A stretch of DNA of 64,000 bases, from contig CM052817.1 in assembly GCA_028534125.1 (NCBI GenBank), forward strand, positions 52,144,001 through 52,208,000. The letters run 5' to 3'. The notes under the pieces are model-generated. The model made no database searches. It was given only the letters and a program-made list of their open reading frames with translations, and was not told the DNA's origin. The stretch's first letter is position 1, and every line of letters begins with the position of its first letter. Position numbers and translations under genes: made by a program. Below are positions 25,698 to 36,280 of the stretch, in pieces. Origin of the DNA: Lama glama. Lineage: Eukaryota.

Positions 25698-26202
25698 TAA
25701 GAGAGAGCAACAACATTTGCAACAACATGGATGGACCCTGTGGGCATTATATTAAGTGAGATAAATCAGACAAAGAAAGGCAGATACTGTATGATATCAC
25801 TCAGATAAATAACTAAAAAAAAACTGAACTTTTAAAAACAGAGAGTGAAACAGTAATTGCCAAGGGCTAGGGGGTGGGGGAATTGGAAAGATACTGCTTA
25901 AGGGTACAAACTTGCAACTAATAGATAAATTCTAGAGATCTATTGCACAGCATGGTGATTATAGTCAACAATACTGTATCCTAAACTTCAAGTTGCTATG
26001 AGATTAACTCTTAAATGTTTTCAACCGCACAAAAATAAGTAGGTGACATGATAAAGGTGTAGCTAGCCCTACTAAAGTAATTATATTGCAATATATAAAT
26101 GTGCCAAACTAACACATCACATACCTCAAACTTACACAATATTATATGTCAAATAAATCTCAGTAAAATATAGACTAAAGGTAAAAATTTAAAACAAATA
26201 AA
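25698..26202 (+). mobile_element. 5'-truncated L1 (L1MA9-like) 3' end
   Basis: catttgcaacaacatggatggacc...; TSD taaattgctctg at 25686-25697 and 26203-26214. Confidence 0.9.
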
Positions 26203-26959
26203 TAAATTGCTCTGACTTCATGATAAACAATGGACGGTAGAGGAGAGTGTGTGGCAGGAGGAGTACTTATCAGCAGTCATTTCTGCCTCTGTGTGAGATG
26301 AGCATGGCTTGGAACAGAGGTATTGTGATGGTCTCAGAACTGGATTAAAAAGACATTATAGGAGATTGAACAGCAAAGTTTGATGAATGGTTAAGTGCTT
26401 TAAAATAGGAAGATCTAGGAATAATGTATTGTTTTTTTTTAGCTTTTTGGTTGGGAAAGTAGGATAGATCTTGTTTCTATGTAATGTGAGGTCCTGGGGG
26501 GATAAGCCACAGGTTTTGGACTGGGCTAGAGATATAGCATGAGTGACAGTGATACCACGTTAGTAGGATGTCTAGAATGAGAAAAAAAAATTGCCTACGT
26601 TAGAATTCCTTAATATGATAAAAATCAAAGATTGTACAAAGCAAGAGAAAGAAAAAGATAAAGAAAAAGAGAATGAGAACTTAAATGGAACAAAAATGAG
26701 GGAATTCCTTGGTCATGAAAACCATGCATATGTAATGAGGGGAAAGGTGGAAGATAATGATACTTTACATGATAAAGCAATTTAAAATGGAAGAGAATTA
26801 AGGAAACAGAAATGGGTTTCCAAGGAGAGTTGAAGGGACAGCTGACATATTGGAGATTCTAAATGAAATGTGGACTCAATCTATATTTATTTCTCTAAAA
26901 ATGTTTGGGTGAAGTAGAAACCCTAATGGACTGGTGTAAGCAAAGAGATTGAAGAACAG

Positions 26960-27160
26960 GCATATAGTAAATGAAAGGACTTTCAATATTACAAGCCTGG
27001 GTTCAAATTCAAGAATGTCTCCTTACTAAGTTGTTTTCTGGGCAAGTTACATGACTTCTCTAAGCCTCATTTTCTTACCACATCACATTCAATTCCATGA
27101 GCATTACATTACAACCTGATTCAAAGTGATTAGATTTCAGTAACTGTTTGCTGTTTTTAT
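26960..27160 (+). mobile_element. MIR fragment
   Basis: gcctgggttcaaattc...ctgggcaagttacatgacttctctaagcctcattttctta. Confidence 0.75.
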
Positions 27161-27444
27161 ATGCTCTAAATATGTCTGGGGTACATGTTATTTAAACCGT
27201 GCATGGTCTCATATTTCTTGAACACCATTCAGCAAAACAAATTTTAAGAGTTTCAATATTTTCATCTACCTTATAAATTGTCCCATAAACCCCACAGCAA
27301 CACATTTTTAACATATTTTTAATACTTTATTTTCTTATCGGTGTTCTTTCACCTTCAGTCTGCTTTGGAACATCTCAAATTTTATTCTGAAACACCCAGA
27401 TTATCTCTGACAGTCCCGATTAGGACAGCAGTTTCTCTATGACG

Positions 27445-27775
27445 TGTATGTATTACTTGCCTCACTATAATAACGGTTTATTTCTTGCTTACTCTATAGC
27501 TTTGGTCCATGGGACTCAGGCTGAGGAGACTCCTAAATTAGAAGCACATTGTTCTTTTGGCAAAATTAAAGAGCAAGTGCACTGCTGGAAATACGCAAGC
27601 CTGGTTAAACCTTCTGCTTAGAATTTGTACCAAAAACTTGGCCAAAAACAAGGCACATGGCAAAATCTGCCAGTGGGGTGAGAAGAATGCTCTTCCCAAA
27701 ACATTATAAATCACAAGGCAATGGTAGGTGCACATAATCTTCTTCAGGGAAGTAAATAATTGAGAACAGTTACAT
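27445..27775 (-). mobile_element. MaLR LTR fragment (MLT1J-like)
   Basis: gggactcaggctgagg, ttaaaccttctgctta, ttggccaaaaacaaggcacatggc. Confidence 0.55.
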
Positions 27776-28630
27776 GCTGTAATACTGGGTTTTCTCTGTA
27801 AATAGAATTAAAATGCTGATTTAGAATTCATTTCAGTGTGTCAGAGTGGAGTTATTACTGGAAATGAGAGTGGACTTGAAATTGGAAGATCTGAATTTGA
27901 GCATCACTTCTTCATGTCATGTAATATAAGGACTAAAAGATCTTTTATCCTTTCTAGGTCTAACACCCTTACGCCCTTAGTGTCAGCCCATACTTAATTT
28001 GTATGATGCTTTGTGTCTTTGATTAACTTCCTCTGCAAAGTTCTTGCATTTACTGAGAATTTTTGGCTATGGATTTTCACTTTAATGAGCCCGTTATGGT
28101 TTCTTATCTACTTACAATGGATGAGTATTTTCAGTTCCAGTTAAGAATCATTTTCTATTTTCCAAAAGTAAGAAAAAAAAGACCATTAAGTTTCTGCTGT
28201 TCTATATTTGAAACATTGTAATATTAGTTTGCTGTAAGCTTTATGCAAGTTTATATTCAGCCTTTAGCAATCAAACTTCACTGTTTCACCAAATGATAGG
28301 GATAGAGTTTGAGTCTGAACCACATTGAATTAGATTCATGAAAACATCTATCATTAAAACAGAACAAACTTACTTTGAATATTAATGTAGTAACGTTTAA
28401 TATCTTCTAGGACTCACTGAACTTTTAAGTCATGAAAACTTTATACTATAAATTTGTAGTAATAAAATCTTCTCAGGAGGAAAAAATATTGCCATATGTC
28501 AATATATGCGAAAAAAAGAAGACCTTTTGAGAAGAAAAAGTTAAATGTAGTATTAACTGAAGTCAAAACTATCTTAAAGAAATTTGAATGACATTGAATC
28601 TGATTTCTCTTTTTTCACCTTGCTATATAG

Positions 28631-28687
28631 AATAACATAAGGGTTTGGAAAAATCATTCAGATTCAAGTAGAATGAAAGAAACTAAG
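28631..28687 (+). CDS. Candidate penultimate coding exon, 57 nt, phase 0-0 (NNIRVWKNHSDSSRMKETK)
   Basis: Branch-like tctgat, tract ttctcttttttcaccttgctatatag|, donor AAG|gtaaat; length is a multiple of 3 and only phase 0 is open. Confidence 0.5.
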
Positions 28688-29437
28688 GTAAATGTATCTA
28701 TCATTTAAAATTTATCAACATGTATATTATGCAGTGATTTTAGGGGAAAAATTGAAGAAGTGCTTGTTTCTATTGCATAATGGATGTTAATATTAATGGG
28801 AAAATAAGCACACCTGCATGTGGAAGGAACAGAGTGGAGAAATTTTTCTCTTGGGACTTTATGTTTGTGCAATAATTATATGAATTTATAACCCTGAATT
28901 CACATGTACAAAAGGGGACATAGGAACACAGTTACTTTGGCAGAATGTACCATTAAGCAATGTGCCAAGCCTAATGGAAAACCTATTTAAGGTAATCAGC
29001 AGACCTACATGACTAAAAGGTTTTTTCCTGATCCAATGTCAGTTCCGTGCTTTCACGATCTATCACAATGCTATGTATGGATTAGAGCACTAATCACAAC
29101 TTAAACTGAAGATAGATTTTAAAAAATCAGGGTTTCATATTTGTAGAGTTACTTACCTACAGAGTCTTTAAATTCATTGCTCATACTCGAAAAACTATTT
29201 TGATAGACATTGTTTTTGATTTCATGTCATTAAAAATCCTAAGGCTGTTTACTGGCATTAAAAAGCCATGAACCTAATTTTTGAGGTGACAACCAGGATT
29301 ACTGTATTTTAACATTGCCCTATATTAGCTGAACTAACTTCCACTCATAGATTTTGTTAAAAAGTTGAAACATGATTTTCACGGTATTTTTTGGATGTTT
29401 TATACAAATCCATTTTTTCTTTATTCTTTATTTCCAG

Positions 29438-29488
29438 TTGTTCAGGCTTCCTTTTACACCACTGCGCAATGGGAACCTGTCCCACTGA
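29438..29488 (+). CDS. Coding part of candidate terminal exon (LFRLPFTPLRNGNLSH*)
   Basis: Very strong acceptor ttttttctttattctttatttccag|; TGA at 29486-29488; about 250 nt putative 3' UTR to AATAAA. Confidence 0.45.
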   Translation: MFRLPFTPLRNGNLSH

Positions 29489-29739
29489 TTGGCAAAGAAT
29501 GCACACTGATGAATGCCACTATGCCATACATTATGCAAAAGCCAAGCTGCCTGAAATATCCCTGTAATGTGTTATTGTTCTCTTTGACAAAGAGGTAAAA
29601 CTAATGATGAATGCTGGTTGATTTTCACAATATTTAGCAAGATCTTGGACTCCTTTTTCTCTACTGTTTCTGATTTTAGATTTTCTTTGACACCAGATAA
29701 GCTGGACTTTCCATTTTACCCTATTATACAGAATAACCA

Positions 29740-29745
29740 AATAAA
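29740..29745 (+). terminator. Candidate polyadenylation signal AATAAA
   Basis: First AATAAA after the 29438 acceptor, followed by T/GT-rich tagttttaatttgtatttgattatatttt. AATAAA is common in this AT-rich DNA. Confidence 0.35.
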
Positions 29746-31674
29746 TAGTTTTAATTTGTATTTGATTATATTTTACACACTACTGTTCATATGGTAGCTA
29801 ATAATATGCAATCTTTTGGACTTTGTAGTCCTTTAAGATCTACACTTGTGCCTTCTGTCTTATGTATTGTATAATCTTTAAAATACATATGAGCTTATTT
29901 CTAAAATTTCATGTATGTGATTATTTGATATTTATATGACATTGAAAGAGGTAGCTCTTATTAATGCCAAAATAGTTTTTTTTAATGTCTGCATTTCTTA
30001 AATATTCCATGAAAATCAATTCCATGAAATATCCCTTGCCATCCTCAAATACTTTTGGAAAAGTCTAGTTAAGTTAATTTTTTTGTTGTTGAAAGACTTC
30101 ATATTTGTTTTTATTGTTCACAGAATGCTGCTTGGAACCCTGCTGGACTGTTGTTTTATAAAACACACTCAAAGAAGTGTTCCTTTATTCTCTTCTTGTT
30201 AGTGATAATGCATGTACTTCTTGATTCCTTTTATAAATGAATATCATTACTATAATTCAGGTTTCAATAGAGATCTCTCAGTGCCTAGTGATGGCAAAAA
30301 GAAAAGAAATACACTATAAAATTAATACTAGTCTAAACATTTTCCTATTTAATTTTTATCTCTGTAGTTTAATATGCTGATTTGTTAGTTAACACATTTC
30401 ATACATTAGCCAGGTATAGTTAGACCTATTTTTTTCTAGATAAAAATTTGATTTCAGTACTAGGGAGGTCAAAGAAATCCTAAATATTATTAACAATATT
30501 TGAAAGTCATAATGTTTAAAGAGTGCATTCTTTAGCATTTTAACTGCCAGGACCTAAATATAGAATGATACAAATTTAAATTTAAGGTTTAACATGAATA
30601 TCATGATCCTAAAAATGAATGGAAGCAAAAAAGTCAAAATTAAGAAAAATAGAAGGTATCAGTTAAACTTTTCACAACCTAGATCCTCATTTTTTTAAGA
30701 CTGGAATAAATGTACAGGTAATTTGGTTGAAATAACACCAAAAACAGATGTGTCATGGCAAATATTCTAAATGCTTTCCAAGACTTAAAAGGAAGGATAA
30801 ATATTTATACTGACCTCACTAAGTGAAAAAAGAAATCTAGGTAAAGGGATCAAGTTCTTTATGAATCCAAACTGCACTTCTATTTATGCTTTGTTCTCTT
30901 GGCAGTTTCTCAAGATAAGACAATAATAGAAAGATCATTTGTCTTTGAGTAAATAGGAGCTAATGCAGATATTTAGGATCAATCTGTACATCTTTTTTGT
31001 TTTGATGCTTCCCATATTTATAACTGATACACTGATTACTTAGCCCTAGATTTGAGGTACTTGTATTTTTCCATAAACAACCGTAAACTGACACTAAAAG
31101 TAGCTCCCCATAAAACTTAATAAGTGAATTTTTACTTTTCTTTTACTTTTTTAGATTTCCTACACATTGAGAGAAAAATTAATTATAATTCTATAAAATA
31201 GTTGTCAGGTTTGCTTCTGGGATGTGATAAGAAGCGAGGACGAGTCAAATGAAGCAAACTTACTACTAAATTTATCCTAATGATTGCATATTAAATTTTT
31301 AATTTTCACATACAACAAAACATAGAGCTGTAGTCCACTTCTTTCTAGTAGGGTTCATTATTTTTTGTGTCAGATATATAATGTGTTTATATGATAAACT
31401 TAGAGTAGGCTCGTCTCACAGTATTTAGGAACTTACTTAACATTTTTCTTTTACTTTGATGCTATGAATAACTTACTGAACCAATCTGGCTAATTGGAAC
31501 TTCATGCATGGTTCATCTTGGAAAATTCAGCAGCTCTCATAATCATTCACTTTTTTCTTTATGTGCAGGAGTGACAGAGAGGTATAGCAGGGTGCTTAAT
31601 GTAAAATGTTTCAAACCAAACTACAGCTGATGAACTAAAGAATAGGATTCCTTAAGAAGGTGAAAGTGAAGGAA

Positions 31675-31900
31675 ACTGATGTTTCTTGAGCACTTCCAGG
31701 CCTGTCATGTGAGAACTATGTGCTGGATACCTTCAGGTATATTGTGTCACACACTAACTTGTTGGGCTCAAGCAATTACTGAACCTCACCTTTTGAAAGT
31801 AAAAAAGCTAAAGCTCAGAGAAATCAGATAATTTTCCAAGGCTAGTTATTAAGGATAAGAATTCAAATCTAGGCCTTCCCATCTTCTGCTCATTCTAATA
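31675..31900 (-). mobile_element. MIR fragment
   Basis: tttcttgagcactt...aagctaaagctcagagaaatcagataattttccaagg...gaattcaaatctaggcct. Confidence 0.65.
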
Positions 31901-32416
31901 CAGCAAATGTCTTCACTTATTTCCCTGTCACTTTGAGATACTCACTGTTATTACAGAGCACTTCTGTAGTCCCCGAGGCTTATTCTGACAGTGCTATCAT
32001 TTTAAACTGCCTAGCTTGGATGTGTTTTAAATCTCAAACTTTTTATTAGCTTCAGAAGATTTCTGGCATTCATTTTATATCAAATTCTTAGTAGAAAATG
32101 GATCCATCTCTTGCCTAATGGAGAATTACAGAAATTCTCTGACCAGACAGGCTACATGAAGACAAAGAACAAGATTACAGATGCACCAAAAATGCCACTA
32201 TGTTCAGAGACTACACTCCACCTGAGTTTAAGACACTAGGCTGGCTGTTCTTCAGAGAACAATGGTACTTACTCTTGAGAAACAATTTGCATGCCAACTA
32301 CAGCTGGAGGAAACACTAGCTGCATTTCAAGCATCAATTCCATAATTTGGAATTGCATAGCATTTTCAGAAAGAAAAAGTCAATTTCCCATAACTTAAAA
32401 TAAAAAGCTAAGCCTG

Positions 32417-32912
32417 CGTAGGGGAAGAAAAAATTGTTTTCCTCTAACCCTTCTTGGTTCTCCTTTTGGGGACCTGCAGATTATATAGCCAAAAGACAGA
32501 TTAACAATAGGAGAACAGAGTTTATTAACACGTACAGAGCACACTTATGCAGGGGAAACTCATTGAGGAGTGACTCAGAGAGACGCTTGGAATTTAGATA
32601 TATGTAGCATGTTAACAAAGAACAATGCAATTTGTGGAGAGGTGAAGAGGCAAAGAAAGAGAAGATTAGGCTTTCGGGCTAGCAAACTGGGAGAGTAGAC
32701 ACATAGGGAAGATAAGAGTGGCTTTAGTAAGGTTTGTTATGTACATTCCTCTCCATGACATCTCCCAGTGGATGTCTCCTGCTCTTAGGTAAATAGTGGG
32801 TGAGGCAGAGAGCTTTTTTTTTGGTGTCTGCTGTTTCTCAGTTGTCTTCAGTTCAAAATAATCCTTATGCCAAAGTGGCATCTTTTGGGGAGGCACATTC
32901 TCATCCTCTATA
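32417..32912 (-). mobile_element. ERV1 solo LTR, MER34-like
   Basis: Reverse complement begins gagaatgtgcctccccaaaagatgccactttggcataaggattattttgaactgaagacaactgagaa, the MER34-family 5' motif; minus-strand aataaa near 32521. Confidence 0.85.
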
Positions 32913-34114
32913 CTACATCTTTAAGTAGGCCATAAGGCTTTGTTAATTGTTTGGCTATTCACATAATTGGTCCACAAAACAAAAGAAAATACAGATTTTT
33001 AATGAGTCAGTAACTTAACTTTTTTGTTTGAGTTGCTAATTGTTTTTAGGAGGAAATTCTGTGGCATATATGATATACATGGCAACCAGTTCATATTTGC
33101 AAATATCTTTCTTCTCAGTAGAAGACATATTTTATTGTCATTGACTGCAGTATACTGTCAGTTGGGAAAATAAATAAGAAAAATGTTAATATTTTAGCAA
33201 TAAAGGCACATAATCATCAGTATATAATGATGGCAACAGCATGCAAAATTAATCATTGTGGCTATTTTTATTTAACCACATGCCAGCAGACAACCAGCAC
33301 AAATATGGATCTGCGAATTTGTTGTTAGGAATACATTAATCAGTACCTGTGGAGTGCTTAGGGTAGCACCTGACACATAGACAGTTCTCAATAAAAATGA
33401 GCTATCATTTTATTAGAAAAAATACAAAAGAGTTTTATTAATATAAAACTTTGCTCAGACCTTCAGATGTGCATTGTATGTGTGCAAGTGACACACATGC
33501 AACAGCTGTGAGATCTACTTACAGTGAAGCAGTGTCTGGCTCATTTAGGAATTCACTTCAAGCACTGACCAACTGAAACCTGTAGCTCACATCTAATAAA
33601 TTCTGTATGTTTTAGTACAAGGTTGTTCACAGCCTCTATCCTTCATGCACTCTGCTGTGTTGCCCTGTATGACTCAACGGTATTCCCTGATGCTCCTGAA
33701 CCTGCTCTCCACTTTACCCCCTGTTCTAGCCATACCCTCCATGGGAAATATCTTTTCAGACACTTATTTTGAAAAGGTTAAATGTATCGATATCTAGCTA
33801 AAAATGTATTAAAGCCAGACCTTAAAACAGAGGTTACTTATCAACATTTGTGGTCTACATTGATGACTAAGCTCCCTTGAGAACAGGGAATGTAGCAGGA
33901 GTAATAACACCATTGTCATCTACATAAGGTTATTTAACAATACTTAATGAATCTATTACCCTCTATTATTAGTTTTATAACAGTTTATCCTTAGCAAATT
34001 CCTGTGAGAACTATATGGTATACAGTACTCATTTTATAAGAGAAAGACACACAGGTAAATTAAACTATTAGAATTATGAGATTCTAGAAGTGAAAGAGAA
34101 CTGATTAATCATCT

Positions 34115-34308
34115 AGGTTAGATTAAAAATTCTGTATACTCTCTAGAATCAGGAAGAATTTTTTTTTTAAATCACTGATGATGGTGACTGGGCCCTAGAT
34201 CAGCAGTTCTGATTTACTTGATTTCGTGTATGTTCATGGCTTTGTTTGTTTTTAACTTTAAGAATCCTGAGAAATAATAATTATATACAGGTTTGAGAAT
34301 CACTGATC
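34115..34308. mobile_element. MER5-like hAT-Charlie MITE, within MIR-like sequence
   Basis: tagaatcagg, gttctgatttacttg, terminus caggtttgagaatcactg. Confidence 0.55.
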
Positions 34309-34454
34309 TATTTTAAAACTTTCACTCTAAAGGCAAGGGAATCAAAGTACAAACAGTGCTTTTCTATGGCTTCATAACTATGTCTCATTTAGAGGTAGAA
34401 CTAAGCCTGGGAACCAGGGTTCTTTCCACTCATCAGCAAGTGGCCATGATCCTC

Positions 34455-34740
34455 ACAGCAAACACTTAACATAGTGTTAATCTATTTCAGGCAATTTTGT
34501 AAGTGCTTTAGAAGTATTAATTCATTTAATCCTCACAATAACCTATGAAATAGGCATATATAATTTTATTATTTCTCCTTTTACAGATGCTGATGATGAG
34601 GACAAGTAATTAAAGAGTAATTAGAGCAATTAAACTTCCCAAGATTACTTGGCTAGTACCTGGCAGAACTGTGATTTAAATCTAAACCATCTGGCTCCAG
34701 AGTATTTTCTCTTAACCATTATTCTTCAGTGTCTCCATCA
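34455..34740 (-). mobile_element. MIR, near full length
   Basis: taagtgctttagaagtattaattcatttaatcctcacaataacctatgaaatagg...ttttacagatg...ctggctccagag. Confidence 0.85.
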
Positions 34741-35740
34741 TTTTTTATAGCATGTTCCAATCAGATTTATGTTTTATGAATGTCACATAATAAAGCATAC
34801 AAAATGCTACTTAGTATGTCAGAAATAGATAATTTAACCAAAAATTATGACCATTATTTAGTATATTCCATGAAAACTGTTTACTAGATTTTTTTAAAAA
34901 CAAATGACTAAACACAGCTACAATATAGATATTAATCTTTACTAAAATATTTTTATATTCACATTCACTGATTTAAAATATATTAGTATTCACACATTTA
35001 TCACTTATTTTGATCCTATTCTATCTGATATTCATTCTATCTATTCTCTCTGATTTCTGCCTTGCTCATCTCTGTATATCTTCTGGTCAGGGAAATTGTA
35101 AGCTCAGACAGTTGACATTAAAAATTACTCTTAAGAATGTGATTTTACAGAATAAATGATCAAAAATTCTTCCTATGTTTACTGAATTATCAGTAAAATT
35201 GCTTAAATCAACAACAACTTCGTTTAATCCATAGTGGTATAATTCATTGTTAATGTCAATTGAAAGTGATTAGCTGAATGACAGAGCTAGTGAAGAAATG
35301 GGATATCAAGAGCCAAAAGTCACTCTAGGAAGATGATTTCCTAAAATATCCTGCCAAAGGAAACTGAAATATTATTTATGAATGTTTTCAAATTTCATAT
35401 GTGACAAATGAGGATGTGAATATTAGATAATCTCATTAACTTGATAAGAACTTTTGCAACAGATTTCTTTGCTATGTTAAAAGGGTCTGATTTCAGAGTA
35501 TCTTTTAACGTACGTGTTTGTGTATACTATTGTGTGGTAACAGAAGACTGTAGAAAGGTTTTGATATGTAATTGAAAATTGAGAAAATGGATATTTTATA
35601 ATGGGTAAATATACAGTTAATATTTAATTCATAAACTGGAGACATTCTTAATTGCTACTGAGAGATTTTTAACTTAAGAATATTAATGGCAATGACAATT
35701 TTTAAACTCTTCCTTGTATATCCTAGAATTCTATATCTGC

Positions 35741-35776
35741 ATAGATAGATAAATAGATAGATAGATAGATAGATAG
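35741..35776 (+). repeat. (ATAG)n tetranucleotide microsatellite
   Basis: Nine units, one interrupted (ataa). Confidence 0.95.
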
Positions 35777-36059
35777 GTATTTCCTGGAAATAGAGCATTA
35801 TCTTTGAATAAAAGCTATTCATAATATATACTGAAAAGTTAACAATATAATTTTGCAATTTTGGTTCTATTTGTTAGTGATGTTTAATAGCAAGGTTTTT
35901 AAGACTTTAATGACTCTTTTTTGGGGACTTAACCTACTGTCCTCTTATCCTGGGTCATGGTAATTATCCCCTGGGAAAACAAAGTGAAAAAAATGCTGAC
36001 CAAATGCCAGTTCTAATTGTTGGGGTGTGCAGCTACCATGTAATTTTTCTAATTTATCA

Positions 36060-36280
36060 TGAAGATGCAAATGGTCTTCAGAATTGATTTTATTTTTGAT
36101 TAAACCCTTTATGCAAATTGTTATGCAAATTGTACCCTTGAGTTCAAGACAATTTGCCAATACACTACCACCGAAATAAGCGAAAGAAGTATAGCATTTC
36201 GAAGCCAATCTATGGAGGCATTATGAATATGGTCATTGGCAATTATCTGGTAAATCTGTCTTCTGCATAGAGCCAATCAG
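36060..36280. promoter_or_regulatory. Candidate enhancer/promoter-like motif cluster (3 octamers, Sox-Oct composite, 4 CCAAT)
   Basis: ATGCAAAT at 36065, 36111 and 36123; ATTGTTATGCAAAT at 36117-36130; CCAAT at 36157, 36205 and 36273, and ATTGG at 36235. Confidence 0.35.

Larger units (their letters stand above)
24660..26600 (-). mobile_element. L2 remnant split by Tigger1 and L1 insertions
   Basis: L2-like segments at about 24660-24850, 25325-25697 and 26203-26600 (ggaagtgatatttaag, gtaacatgatctgatttatgtttaaaag, gagatgagcatggcttggaacagagg). Confidence 0.6.

Noticed and set aside
1..29770. Antisense L1 bias as support for the + strand gene
   Set aside because: Several L1 3' ends here are sense to the putative gene (about 4.1, 11.4 and 26.2 kb), so orientation gives no support and is a mild caution.
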